A DNA stretch of 64,000 nt from Eledone cirrhosa (GCA_964016885.1 OZ024745.1:126914001-126978000); one strand, 5' to 3'; counted from the first letter of the stretch, positions 28,002 to 41,747 are shown. Made by a program: numbers and translations. The notes: generated from the sequence alone by a model not told the origin.

Positions 28002-28944
28002 TAACGAATACTGCCAGGCGCTCATGGCACTTACCAACATGATAGGTTGCCAGAAAACAACATTTGCTTTATATAGAGGTTTAATTGAAGGTATGAGTGA
28101 TGATGGCTTGAGAGTAGCTCTGGGCATCAATGAGGACAGCCTGAGCAGGCTCTTCAGGAGGACTTTCTAGTCAGGGTTTATAGACAATTTCTAAAAATCT
28201 TTGGCACAGCAGTGCTACCTGTTGAAGACAACTATAGAATGGCCAACAGCTGAACCTGTCCAAATGCACAGAGGGCAATGAAACCATGCTGTATGCCATC
28301 ACCTAGTGTCCATGACTTGCAGGCTTGTATTGAACTGCTATCATGTGTATAAGAGATGTTGTAATTAGGTGAGTCTATAGTGATAATTAAACTGTTACCT
28401 TCCTTTAGAAGGAAGGCATGGCAAGCCTTCTTCAGCTTGGTAGTTATGGTAAAATAAGCCCTCATCAACTTCTTCAAGTATCACTTGAAGAGGAAGGTGA
28501 AGGTAGAATGGTAGATGCTGCCTTCTAATGTGTGTTAGTGAAGGCACGTGGCCTAGTGGTAAGAGTGTTGGACTTACGATCATAATGCTTTCCCATTACT
28601 ACCAATCCACACTCCTAAATTTGTTGTGCTCAGAAATAGGGAGAAAAAAAAACAATTTCCCTCATATTTTTTTCTTTTGTGTCAAGAAAATAGCAGTAAA
28701 TTGGTAGAATTGTTAGCACCGCAGAGGAAAAGCATTGCACTATTTCGTTACAACTGAGGTAAACTTTGCCTTTCTACCTTGTGAGGATTGATAAAATAAA
28801 GTACCAGTAAAATACAAATGTCAGTATAATCGACGTTCCTCTTTCCCTAAAATTGTTGGCCTTGTGCTTATATGTGAAAAAGAAATTTTTTTTACTTAAA
28901 TATTTACAAATATTTCTGAAATAAATAAAAATGTTTCTCTTATA

Positions 28945-29215
28945 TCATCATCATCATCATCATCACCGTTTTACGTCCATTCTTCCACGCTAGCATGGGT
29001 TAGACGGGTTGTCCTGTTGTGGGCAGTGTCCAGTCGGCTGACCTTATCTTGCTCATATGGGAACTGATTCTGGGTTGCTTTCTACAGCTGGATGCCCTTC
29101 CTAACACCAATCTCATTTACAGTGAGTGCTGGGTGCTTTTTTTTTTCCGTGGCGCCTACACGTCCACTTTTACAGTGTGGGCTGGGTGCTTTTTTGCTAT
29201 GGCAATTTGACGTAT
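28945..29215 (-). mobile_element. SINE with RTE-like (GAT)n tail (abundant family)
   Basis: Minus strand: aaaaagcacccag...ggtgttaggaagggcatccagctgtagaaa...cccatgctagcgtggaagaatggacgtaaaacggtgatgatg. Other copies at about 1027-1212, 4280-4480, 4800-5163, 15075-15190, 17300-17460, 22090-22390, 45260-45440 and 55810-56615. Confidence 0.75.
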
Positions 29216-29264
29216 GATGATGATGATGATATATATATACATATATATATATATACATATAATG

Positions 29265-29333
<69 letters not shown>

Positions 29334-29493
29334 TATATATATGTATATATATATATCATCATCATCATCATACGTCAATTTAAAAAAAAACGTGATATTG
29401 ATGATGATATATATATATATGTTTACATATATATTAAACCACGGAAGGGTTTATTAGTATTTATTTAATTTTGTTTATTTTTTTAATCAATAG

Positions 29494-30645
29494 GTGCTTA
29501 TCAATGTAGGACCAGTGAAACCTAACCGGAAATTAACGGATTCTGACCGCAAACCAAAATTATGTGAATTACCATCGATCCCAGCTGCAGATGTCTGTGT
29601 CAATACCTGTAATTCATGTGTTGAAACAACTTTCTCAAGTCCAAATCTTCAAGATATTCCAAGTCCATCTGATCCGGATTTAATACTATCCCCACCACCT
29701 CTAACGTGGGACCAAGTAGCAGAACAAAACATTCGAAAACTTGAATATGCTCGAAGTATGCATCTAAACAATCCTCTTACAAATGAATTATTGAATCTCA
29801 ATTTGTTAAGGGACTTAACCAAAGCACCTTTAGCAAGTCCAGAGCCTTCAATTTCAGAATCCTCAAGTGCTGCCTCTTTGAAAGCTAGTGCCTCTGCAAA
29901 TAGATATAGTTTTCATAAAGCAATTTATGGTTTTCAAGATCTCAAGTCCATACAACAATCCCCATTACCCAAAACACGCACTGGTAGCTTTTCTTGTTTT
30001 AGAAATGAGGATCCTTCCAGTAATGAACAATCTCCAGATACTTGCAAAGAGGAAGAAAATTTTAACAACAATAACAATAATAATAATGAGCCTGAAAAGG
30101 TTAATATAATAAGAAATAAAAGACCTGAGAGTGTTACTATTGTATCATCTACAGAATTAAACCATATTTGTGATAAAGCCAATGGACATATTTGCTTAGA
30201 TATTGAAGGCAAGTTATTGCAACAGAGCCAAAAGGTTGGAGATGAAATTGCATTGGATTCTAAAAGATTAACAAGAAAAGGATCAGAAAAAAATGACAGC
30301 AATGCCTTTTTACCACACAACAGAATAGTTAGCTCTGACAGAACTAGCTCTGTTGCCTGCATGCCTCTCCCAACCCCAAAGCCCCTTTTCCAACATACGG
30401 GATCTGAGTCCTATTTGCAAAACATTGTACCCCGACATGTCATGCGACGGTCAACAGAACAAATGGATTTTAAGGCCTTAAAAGATGATACAGCATTATT
30501 TGAAAGCCCTAGAAGGACAGCCCCTGTTCCTAAACCTCCCCGACATATTCCTGTGAAATTGCCATCCAGCTTACCACGGGTCTCAATTCTTAGTTCTACT
30601 GGTGATGAAGAATCTGAACGAAGACATTCATTCCCACGGCTTTAA
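29494..30645 (+). CDS. DAGLA: DAGLA terminal exon encoding the long C-terminal tail (383 aa, stop TAA)
   Basis: caatag|GTG CTT ATC continues phase 0 from the previous exon (LQK|VL, as in DAGLA LNK|VL). Long non-repetitive S/P-rich ORF containing KAPLASPE (compare RAPLATME). A long tail distinguishes alpha from beta. Confidence 0.88.
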   Translation: MLINVGPVKPNRKLTDSDRKPKLCELPSIPAADVCVNTCNSCVETTFSSPNLQDIPSPSDPDLILSPPPLTWDQVAEQNIRKLEYARSMHLNNPLTNELLNLNLLRDLTKAPLASPEPSISESSSAASLKASASANRYSFHKAIYGFQDLKSIQQSPLPKTRTGSFSCFRNEDPSSNEQSPDTCKEEENFNNNNNNNNEPEKVNIIRNKRPESVTIVSSTELNHICDKANGHICLDIEGKLLQQSQKVGDEIALDSKRLTRKGSEKNDSNAFLPHNRIVSSDRTSSVACMPLPTPKPLFQHTGSESYLQNIVPRHVMRRSTEQMDFKALKDDTALFESPRRTAPVPKPPRHIPVKLPSSLPRVSILSSTGDEESERRHSFPRL

Positions 30646-31852
30646 ATCTAAAGAATGTCTATTAAAATGTAATTATAAACTAAAGCAATAGCAAAGAAAT
30701 AATACTGAGTTAGTAAAAAAATAACCAAAAACAGAACAAAGAAAAAAAGGAGAAAAATAATGTTGCTCTCTTTTGTTTTTAAAATAGTTTTAAAACTCAG
30801 TTTTACTTGCTAATACATTATAATATCTCTACTTTTCAGATATCAGCAAAACATAGTCAGTTATGTGTCAGGCTCTGGAACTAACAAAACAACAGATGTA
30901 ATCTCAGCTGGTACCTGAGGTTTTACTTTACTTATAAACAGGGTGCAATAGTAATTTAAGTCTGTGATTTTCAGTCTTCTGTTTGTAATATTCCAGAAGG
31001 TTACTAAAAAGTCATAGATTAATACACACCATTTGAGATATATGAAAAAATAAATCACACAAAGAATACATATTTATAATCAAGTAAGAAGTACTTAAAT
31101 TTAATCATGATAAACAAAAGCGGAAACTAATTTAGTTCCTACTATAAATTTTAAATGTTAAAGATAATTTTAAATGTTAAATATATATTTTTTTTAGTTG
31201 ATATTGTTGTATCATTCTAAAATATTATTTTCAAATTTAAGAAGTTTCAAAGAAAAAAAATATTTGAATAAAAATAAAAATATTATAACAGAATATATTT
31301 GTCAAGCAGATGTTGACAACAAATTTAGAAAGTAAGTATATTGAGCAAATTAATAATACAGATGGTTAACATAAGATATAGCAGAAATGCCTGGCATATT
31401 TTCTGACTTAATCAGCATAATTCTTCAGTATGTCCAATTTACAACTCTACCTCAAGTGCACTTTTCTTTGTATTGAATTAAAAATACCAATGATGCAAGG
31501 TATGGAATATTCCACCAGTCACGTCTCTAGTTGGCAAGGCATCATCACAAACGCATCAGTTTGAAAAATTAAATAACAGTTTCCTCATATTTTATCTTTT
31601 GTTTTAAATCTAAATAACAAACATCTTAAAACAATTTTTTTATTTATATTTTTACTATTTATTTATTTGTTTGTTGTTGTTTTGATGTTGTTTGTTCTTT
31701 TTCTGTCTGTTTTTGTTTTGTTTTTTGTTTATTAATTTATTTATTTCATAATGCCCTGTTCTAAGTAAGTGTATAATGTTGTTGTTGTTTTTTTTTTTTT
31801 CACTTTCATCAACATCAAATTACAAAGGTATTAAGTCATTAATAGCAGTATA

Positions 31853-32027
31853 CAGACCTGCCAACCTCTAAAAACCCAAACAGGTAGTACCATGGAAAAA
31901 GGTGCCCCCAAATGGGGAGATTTTACGTAATGAAAGCTATACCTATTTTCACACGAGAAGACATCTCTCACTTACCCTAAAGTGGGTGGGAGATCTCCCC
32001 GTCAGATGGGGAGAGTTGACAGGTCTG
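31853..32027. mobile_element. MITE with CAGACCTGCCAAC TIR
   Basis: cagacctgccaac...gttgacaggtctg, flanked by tata. Confidence 0.65.
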
Positions 32028-32723
32028 TATATATATGAAGTGATACTGAATCAGAAGATTTTTACTAATAAAGATAAAGTTTTCCAACTAAACAGATCAT
32101 ACATTGCTAACATCAACTACCTATACTTTTAAGTATCTATTCATTAGATCAATCGATGGATGTTGCCTACAAAAACCCTCAACTTTAGGTGTTTATCAAA
32201 TATCCAATTGTCTTAATGTACCTACTGGTTAATTCAAAGACTGTATATATCTACTAGATAGATCACAACCTTTTGTTGTTTAGCCACAGGTCAGCTTTGA
32301 TTAAGGATATCAATGGTCAAAGTCATTCCAGCCATGACTCTCTCTCATCTTTCATTCATAGTTTATCTGGGACTATATTATGTAATGTGTCCTTCCTTTT
32401 TTTAAGATGATAGGGCATGATATGAGGGATATTTGACCGCTATTTTTAGCCAGTCTTGTGGCCATGCTGCTATCTACTGTCTGACTATAGCAGTAGATAA
32501 TAGGTTATACTTTATTTTAACTGTTCATTAATATCATTGCTCAATGATATTAATTGTTCTCAAAATAATTAGAAATCAAATTAAAAATTAAAGAAATTCT
32601 AAAATATATCCGGAAAGACCTAAATCTAATGTTCTTTTGTTGATTTAACTTCCAAACAATATGAGGTTGTACAATAATTTTTCCCTTGTAAAATGTGTAT
32701 TTCATTTTAAAAATAGATCAATA

Positions 32724-33036
32724 TACAGTTGTCCCCCGGTATTTGCGAGGGTTAAATTCCTAGAGCACCTGTGAAGAGTGACAAACCACGAATATTGGAC
32801 GTGGTCCATAAAAATGCCTATAAATGTCAAAACATAACATAAAATATAGGTAGGCAAATACGGTATATTGTTATTGATAATGTAGCGTTAAAAAGCGTGA
32901 AAAAATATATATTGCCACGAAAATATCCATAAAAAATCATGGAAGATATTTATGATTCTGCAAATATGCAGTGGTTTCCATGAATAATTATTAGTCACGT
33001 TCTAAGGAAAATTCTGCAAATAACCAGGACTGTGTA
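32724..33036. mobile_element. Tigger/pogo-like MITE remnant
   Basis: ta-cagttgtcccccggtatttgcgaggg start typical of Tigger TIRs; degenerate right end gcaaataaccaggactg. Confidence 0.45.
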
Positions 33037-33376
33037 TGCTGTAGATTTAAAGCTGACAAATTAAGGGAAGTAATTCATAGGGGAATTCCTTTGTTGTTTG
33101 TATAATAGTAATGAAAGAAACTGATACAAAGTAAAACTCTTAATTGAAAAGGTGATTATAAACGTTTAATAAGCTGACAGAAACATTACATAACAACAGA
33201 AACACAACACAGTATAAAAATACTTAAAACTGAGATATTAAAAGGCATCACAAAATAAACTCAAACTGAAACATTAAGGCAGTATCAATATATCATACTC
33301 CTGACCATACTCACAACTAGAACATTATACTGCACTAAGATATAAAAACTTATAACTAAACTGTTACAATGTATAG

Positions 33377-34258
33377 ATGCAATATAGAACATACAGTATA
33401 GAACATACAGTATAGAACATACAATATAGAACATGCAATATAGAACATACAGTATAGAACATGCAATATAGAACATACAATATAGAACATGCAATATAGA
33501 ACATACAATATAGAACATGCAATATAGAACATGCAATATAGAACATGCAATATAGAACATGCAAATAGAACATGCAATATAGAACATGCAATATAGAACA
33601 TGCAATATAGAACATGCAATATAGAACATGCAATATAGAACATACAATATAGAACATGCAATATAGAACATGCAATATAGAACATACAATATAGAACATA
33701 CAATATAGAACATACAATATAGAACATACAATATAGAACATACAATATAGAACATGCAATATAGAACATGCAATATAGAACATGCAATATAGAAGATGCA
33801 ATATAGAACATGCAATATAGAACATACAATATAGAACATACAATATAGAACATACAATATAGAACATACAATATAGAACATACAATATAGAACATGCAAT
33901 ATAGAACATGCAATATAGAACATACAGTATAGAACATACAATATAGAACATACAGTATAGAACATACAGTATAGAACATACAATATAGAACATACAATAT
34001 AGAACATACAATATAGAACATACAATATAGAACATACAATATAGAACATACAATATAGAACATACAGTATAGAACATACAATATAGAACATACAATATAG
34101 AACATACAATATAGAACATACAATATAGAACATACAATATAGAACATACAATATAGAACATACAGTATAGAACATACAGTATAGAACATACAATATAGAA
34201 CATACAATATAGAACATACAATATAGAACATACAATATAGAACATACAATATAGAACA
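33377..34258. repeat. 13-bp minisatellite (CAATATAGAACAT[A/G])n
   Basis: About 880 bp of directly visible tandem units. Confidence 0.97.
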
Positions 34259-34334
34259 CAAACAACTGAGACATCAAACAGTTACAAGACACACTCCATT
34301 AACAAAAGTGACATTATGCAGCAGTTTTAGGATA

Positions 34335-34680
34335 CAACACAACTAGTTTAACATATTGTATTATGACATAACACTCACAATTAGTTTAACACACCGTATC
34401 ATAACATAACACTCACAACTAGTTTAACATATTGTATTATGACATAACACTCACAACTAGTTTAACACACCGTATCATAACATAACACTCACAACTAGTT
34501 TATCACACTGTATAATGATATAACACTCACAACTAGTTTAACACTGTATTATGACATAACAGTCACAACTAGTTGATCACACTATATAATGACATAACAC
34601 TCACAATTAGTTTATCACACTGTATAATGATATAACACTCACAACTAGTTTATCACACTGTATTAGAACCTAACACTCAC
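34335..34680. repeat. About 38-bp tandem repeat (ACAACTAGTTTAACATATTGTATTATGACATAACACTC)
   Basis: About 9 diverged units. Confidence 0.85.
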
Positions 34681-34959
34681 ACATGATATAACATATCAGA
34701 ATGTAATATTCATGACCAAAACATCACAATGTACCAGGATATAATCACAACTGGATGTTACAGTATATCAGAAAATATCAACACATTTTCAATATTGAAA
34801 TGTTACATACAACATCACTAAACCATCATCTCACAACTAGATTATTACATAAGCTATGGCACTCATAACTTGGATATCATAATAAATACACAACAGAAAG
34901 TACGATATCCACAACTTAGATATTATAGTAAACACACAACATTATGTATGACATTTACA

Positions 34960-36200
34960 ACTTGGATATCATAAATACACAACACTAGGTACAGCATTCA
35001 CAACTTAATATCATAAATACACAACACTAGGTACAGCATTCACAACTTAGATATCATAATAAATACACAACACTAGGTACAGCATTCACAACTTAATATC
35101 ATAATAAATACACAACACAAGGTACAGCATTCACAACTTAAATATCATAATAAATACACAACACTAGGTACAGCATTCACAACTTAATATCATAAATACA
35201 CAACACTAGGTACAGCATTCACAACTTAATATCATAATAAATACACAACACTAGGTACAGCATTCACAACTTAGATATCATAATAAATACACAACACTAG
35301 GTACAGCATTCACAACTTAATATCATAATAAATACACAACACAAGGTACAGCATTCACAACTTAGATATCATAATAAATACACAACACTAGGTACATCAT
35401 TCACAACTTAGATATCATAATAAATACACAACACAAGGTACAGCATTCACAACTTAGATATCATAATAAATACACAACACAAGGTACATCATTCACAACT
35501 TAGATATCATAATAAATACACAACACTAGGTACAGCATTCACAACTTAGATATCATAATAAATACACAACACAAGGTACAGCATTCACAACTTAGATATC
35601 ATAATAAATACACAACACTAGGTACAGCATTCACAACTTAATATCATAATAAATACACAACACAAGGTACAGCATTCACAACTTAATATCATAATAAATA
35701 CACAACACTAGGTACAGCATTCACAACTTAGATATCATAATAAATACACAACACAAGGTACAGCATTCACAACTTAGATATCATAATAAATACACAACAC
35801 TAGGTACAGCATTCACAACTTAATATCATAATAAATACACAACACAAGGTACAGCATTCACAACTTAATATCATAATAAATACACAACACTAGGTACAGC
35901 ATTCACAACTTAATATCATAATAAATACACAACACTAGGTACAGCATTCACAACTTAATATCATAATAAATACACAACACTAGGTACAGCATTCACAACT
36001 TAATATCATAATAAATACACAACACAAGGTACATCATTCACAACTTAATATCATAATAAATACACAACACAAGGTACATCATTCACAACTTAGATATCAT
36101 AATAAATACACAACACTAGGTACAGCATTCACAACTTAATATCATAAATACACAACACTAGGTACAGCATTCACAACATAATATCCTAATAAATACACAA
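34960..36200. repeat. 46-bp minisatellite (CAACACTAGGTACAGCATTCACAACTTAGATATCATAATAAATACA)n
   Basis: Period measured 35521 to 35567; 42-45-bp indel variants. Confidence 0.95.
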
Positions 36201-38230
36201 TAGTTAACTCTACAATAACTAAAGTTGTGAGACAGGGTCCTTTGTGATTTTGCTGTTGTCAATTTTTTGTATTCATTTTTTTTCTTTTTATAGTCCCCCT
36301 CCCCATCTATTAATTTTCTAAATATATGTTTTGCATCTGTGAGGTACAGCCATGATTGGCCATTTTACTTACTAATTAAAAACTAATTACAGTAACTGTT
36401 TGCTATTAGCAAACTATTGTATGTTTGACCACAATTAAGAGACAACTATATGTGGTCACCATTAACCGACTGCTGTGTGCGGTCACCAGCACCAGTTCAC
36501 CATCAGTTGACCACCACTTTCTCCACCTCATAGATCAGTTCTTTTTGAAATATTCCGTCCTGTGGATTAGACAATGAAGGTGAAGGGAGTGGTCTGGTGA
36601 ACTGGTTATCTACCTACCTACCCACCCACCTACCTACATATCAGGAATTATGAACTGAAAGTTAAGTCCCATAAACTGTTCTCAGATCCTAACTCTACTT
36701 ACTATTATCCTAACTGAAGCAATGGGTGGTGTAGTGTACAAATACAAAATCTAGTGAAATGACTCCACAAACCCATTTCAATTCCTGATTGTAGACTTTT
36801 CATTTCACTTGTATTGTTAATGCTCTTAAGAAGGGCATGAACATTACTCAATCTACTTATTCTTTCCTATTAATCTGCCTGCAACCTTGGCGCCTAAATA
36901 ATCAATAATTAATAAGAGGTAATGAGCACATTATAAGCAGAAGTAAACTCGCAGTGTGTCATGTCCACAAACTAAAAATTTCAATATCTGGTTAGAGCTA
37001 TTTCACTTCACTTATGTCACTAATGCTCTTGAGAAAGGCATGAATGTCACACAATCTCATTTCATCTTTCCTATAAATCTGAGGCCACATGCTTATATAA
37101 ATAATTGATATCTTCTAAACTAAGGTCAAGATATAAAAACAATAAAGTAAACAGAAAATAATTATCTTACTATTCCTTTATGACATCTTTGAAATCAAAA
37201 ACACTGAGATAGAAACAATGATAAGTCTTTGTATTTGCTTTGCAAAACTCTTGATGTAAAATCATGTGTTGAAACAGATATTGATATACTTTGGTAGGAT
37301 CATGCTGCCAATAAAAACACATGCACCAGTTGAGTTTCAATACAGTTTTATTTTTAATCAGGTAATTAATCCATTCTTTGGTTAGTTTATTAACTAGATA
37401 GTGCCGGTGATCTACATGATAAAAACACTCAGTACATGCTGTAAAGTGGCTAGTGTTAAGAAGAGCATCCAGCCGTAGAAAACTTGCCAAATAAAAAAGG
37501 GTTTGGAAGGACCCTTTAGTTTGTGTCAAAAGACATGACAATTTCTCCTCTGCACATGATAAAATAAATGATGGTATGTAAGCAAGATGCAGACCCCTTG
37601 GCCTGTCTGGGATGACAGTTGCCCCATTTCAGTACTGACTTAGTCTATGCAGACCTGCCTAACCCTTTCTAGCAGGGAAAGTAGATGTTAAACCATGATT
37701 ATGATAGTTATGTAAACTAAACTGACTGAAGAATGGAATAATTACACAAGAAATAGTAAATTCAAAGTAAACCTTTAATAGTACAAGTGTTTTTACTGGT
37801 AGCATGACTCTCCCAAAGTAACACAATATGCTAAGTCAATTATATTTTTTGTAATTTTGAAAATTTCTGTATTTCTTTAACTTACACATATGAACACTCA
37901 CACACACATTTTTTGGTTCCATTTTTATTGGAACTGGCAATACATTTCAAATAAATTCCTCTTGGTTCTAGCTATTCTCATTAAAGTGCTATACATATTT
38001 GTGGAGTTATATCATTATCAAATGAAGTCAGAGTATTAATTATTGTTATATTTATTATCTTCTATTGATCTAAAGAAATCAATATTAAATTTTCCAAAGA
38101 AATCGTTATTACATTGAATTGTAGAAATTTTAAAAAATTATTATAAAATCCAGAATATATTTTATAAACATGCAGACACACACTAACATATGTACACATA
38201 TAAGATTTAGTATATGTATATATATATATG

Positions 38231-38306
<76 letters not shown>

Positions 38307-38367
38307 CACATATATGTATATACATATATATATATACACATACACACATATATGTATATACATATAA

Positions 38368-38409
<42 letters not shown>

Positions 38410-38414
38410 GTATA

Positions 38415-38612
38415 CATATTAGCGAAAATAGAGGATCTACCATAAGAGCTTAGTGTGAACTTGGCAGTTTGGGCTAGTTAGCTCTTTAGAAAAGGTAACT
38501 AGCTGAAACTGCCAAGCTCATGGGAGATCCTCTGCTTTCATTAATATAGCCACTCTACACCTTACCGTGTATCAAGTACTTCTTTGATTTGTGGTCTTCT
38601 TGGTTACAATAT
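38415..38612 (+). mobile_element. Degenerate palindromic element of the same class
   Basis: Arms gaggatctaccat...ttggcagtttgggctagtta / taactagctgaaactgccaag...atgggagatcctc. Tail ccactctacacc...TCAAGTACTt...tgtggtc resembles the 43.4-kb tail. Confidence 0.55.
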
Positions 38613-38685
38613 ACCCCAGACTATCAATACACACACACACATACATATGTGTGTGTGTGTATATATATGTATATAACTATATATA

Positions 38686-40028
38686 TACATGTTCTAAATC
38701 AGTGCTGATGGGTCATCATGATCTACATATGTTCTAAATCAGTGCTGATGGGTCATCATGATCTACATATGTTCTAAATCAGTGCTGATGGGTCATCATG
38801 ATCTACCTATGTTCTAAATCAGTGCTGATGGGTCATCATGATCTACATATGTTCTAAATCAGTGTTAGTGGGTCATCATGATCTACATATGTTCTAAATC
38901 AGTGTTAGTGGGTCATCATGATCTACATATGTTCTAAATCAGTGTTGATGGGTCATCTTGATCTACATATGTTCTAAATCAGTGTTGATGGGTCATCATG
39001 ATCTACATATGTTCTAAATCAGCGTTAGTGGGTCATCATGATCTACATATGTTCTAAATCAGTGTTGATGGGTCATCATGATCTACATATGTTCTAAATC
39101 AGTGTTAGTGGGTCATCATGATCTACATATGTTCTAAATCAGTGTTGATGGGTCATCTTGATCTACATATGTTCTAAATCAGTGTTGATGGGTCATCATG
39201 ATCTACATATGTTCTAAATCAGTGTTAGTGGGTCATCATGATCTACATATGTTCTAAATCAGTGTTGATGGGTCATCATGATCTACATATGTTCTAAATC
39301 AGTGTTGATGGGTCATCTTGATCTACATATGTTCTAAATCAGTGCTGATGGGTCATCATGATCTACATATGTTCTAAATCAGTGCTGATGGGTCATCATG
39401 ATCTACATATGTTCTAAATCAGTGCTGATGGGTCATCATGATCTACATATGTTCTAAATCAGTGCTGATGGGTCATCATGATCTACATATGTTCTAAATC
39501 AGTGTTAGTGGGTCATCATGATCTACATATGTTCTAAATCAGTGTTGATGGGTCATCATGATCTACATATGTTCTAAATCAGTGTTAGTGGGTCATCATG
39601 ATCTACATATGTTCTAAATCAGTGTTGATGGGTCATCTTGATCTACATATGTTCTAAATCAGTGTTGATGGGTCATCATGATCTACATATGTTCTAAATC
39701 AGTGTTAGAGGGTCATCTTGATCTACCTATGTTCTAAATCAGCATTAGTGGGTCATCATGATCTACCTATGTTCTAAATCAGTGTTGATGGGTCATCATG
39801 ATCTACATATGTTCTAAATCAGTGTTAGTGGGTTATCATGATCTACATATGTTCTAAATCAGTGTTGATGGATCATCTTGATCTACATATGTTCTAAATC
39901 AGTGTTGATGGGTCATCATGATCTACATATGTTCTAAATCAGTGTTAGTGGGTCATCTTTATCTACATATGTTCTAAATCAGTGCTGATGGGTCATCTTG
40001 ATCTACATATGTTCTAAATCAGTGCTGA
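38686..40028. repeat. 40-bp minisatellite (ATCTACATATGTTCTAAATCAGTGTTGATGGGTCATCATG)n
   Basis: Strict 40-bp period, about 33 copies, variants ctgat/ttgat/ttagt. Confidence 0.97.
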
Positions 40029-40334
40029 CCACATTCAAACCAAGCCAACTTGGAAAGCAGACATAAAATGATAATGATGACCAATACATAATGTAAACTT
40101 TTCATTTATTAAGAAATCGGTGAGTGACTCACTTGATCCTTACTCAGGGTTTTATGCTATCAATTCACAATATTGTCTACACACATCTAGCAGGTGTGTG
40201 TGTGTACGTGTGTGTGAGAAACCTTGTGTAATTATGGAGTAAATCACTAAATGTTTCCCAATGAATATGAACTCTATGTCAAGTGCTTATGTCCTTTGTC
40301 TGTAAATATAACTCTGTGTATCCCTGTTTAAAAC

Positions 40335-40516
40335 AGAGAGGACCACAATTTCAGATAAAGTACTCAATACATAAGGTAGACTGGATATATATTTCGTTTA
40401 TTTGACTAAAGAGTATTATAGGACTAGTTCTGTTTCCATCTCTAAAATCTCATTTAAGAGAATTCTTAGAGAAGGAAATGGAACTTGACCTGTATTAATT
40501 AATCCAATAAATGAAT
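40335..40516 (-). mobile_element. Degenerate palindromic element of the same class
   Basis: Imperfect arms (tataggactagttctgtttccatctctaa / ttagagaaggaaatggaacttgacctgta). Minus tail ccagtctaccttatgtaTTGAGTACTttatctgaaattgtggtcc. Confidence 0.5.
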
Positions 40517-40721
40517 ATATATATATACATACATGCATACATACATACATGCGTACATACACACACATATATACATACATACATACACAGATATATGCAC
40601 ACATACATACACACACACATACATATTCATACATACATATATATATACACATACATACATAAACACAAACACACACACACATATATATATATATATGTAT
40701 ATGATGATGATGATGATGATG

Positions 40722-40773
<52 letters not shown>

Positions 40774-40916
40774 TATTTATGTTCATACACAGAATAAGAA
40801 AGTGCTATCTTAGGTTTCAAGGTCCAGTTATGACCATCTCCTCGGACTGAGCAGAATGTGTGAAGGAGTAATCACAAGTATGACCTAGACACCAGGCACT
40901 TGGACAAGTTTGAAAG

Positions 40917-40945
<29 letters not shown>

Positions 40946-40953
<8 letters not shown>

Positions 40954-41190
40954 AAAAAAGAGAGTCAGTGTTGCAACAAAAGGAATTTATTGGACATATT
41001 ACAATTGTTTCTCGGGTGACCAGATCGGGCCTCGAGCTGGGGGCCTCAGAAACAATTGTAATATGTCCAATAAATTTCTTTTGTTGCAACACTGACTCTC
41101 TTTTTTCTCTGATATCATACTCTGCTCTATGAGGGGATCGAGTGCTCATACGGCCTACCGCAAACAGACGCTTTAAGCATCCAACACCAA
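40946..41190 (+). mobile_element. Palindromic (TA)n-inserted element carrying the 3' half of an HHR
   Basis: About 67-bp near-perfect arms (40946-41012 / 41048-41114). GAAA caattg TA gives the palindromic stem III ACAATTGT; tail TCGAGTGCT; (TA)n on both sides. Confidence 0.65.
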
Positions 41191-41191
41191 T

Positions 41192-41236
<45 letters not shown>

Positions 41237-41240
<4 letters not shown>

Positions 41241-41537
41241 GAAGTATTTCTGTCGGAAAGGTACAGGAAAAAAGAGTGCTCTATGTAGGCTACAGAGCTT
41301 CTTAGTTATGTAATAAATAACATAAGATAATTATTTCATTTACCAGTGGTTTCTTGAAGACAGATGTTGTATCTGTCTTCAGTTGTCAGAATGAATAAAA
41401 AACATGGTGGTTTTCCATATTTAATAAAAACACCATGTTTTTTATTCATTCTGACGACTGAAGACAGATACAACATCTGTCTTCAAGAAACCACTGGTAA
41501 ATGAAATAATTATCTTATGTTGTTTATTACATAACTA
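41237..41537 (-). mobile_element. Palindromic (TA)n-inserted HHR element
   Basis: About 107-bp arms (41303-41409 / 41431-41537) containing the HHR; tail with TAGAGCACT; (TA)n on both sides. Confidence 0.72.
41445..41505 (+). ncRNA. Type I hammerhead ribozyme motif
   Basis: ttcatt CTGACGA [c tgaagacagat acaac atctgtcttca a] GAAA ccactgg TA aatgaa. 6-bp stem I, 11-bp stem II, stem III ACCA-c-TGGT, GUA cleavage triplet (cut after 41499). Confidence 0.78.
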
Positions 41538-41702
41538 TATATATATATATATAGTCAAATGTAGAAGATATATGTATATATAGAGAGAGAGATAAAGAAC
41601 CCTATATCCAGAGAAAACACAGAATTGTGTATATATACTAAATACATATTCCTCTCTGTAATATGTATTTAGTATATAAAAAATATACTCTTAATGGTTC
41701 TT

Positions 41703-41747
<45 letters not shown>

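Noticed and set aside
27990-28520. GC-richer segment as an extra DAGLA exon
   Set aside because: Flanking exons already join in frame (LQK|VL), there are stops in all frames, and it is more likely a decayed retroelement I cannot classify.
29934-30362. 142-aa antisense ORF in the last DAGLA exon
   Set aside because: Shadow of the coding strand; no recognisable motif.
33285-34292. Three overlapping 293-335-aa minus-strand ORFs
   Set aside because: Translation of the 13-bp satellite. A stop-free unit whose length is not a multiple of 3 opens all three frames automatically.
34960-40028. 46-bp and 40-bp arrays as CRISPR-like loci
   Set aside because: Units are contiguous with no unique spacers, there are no cas genes, and the context is eukaryotic.
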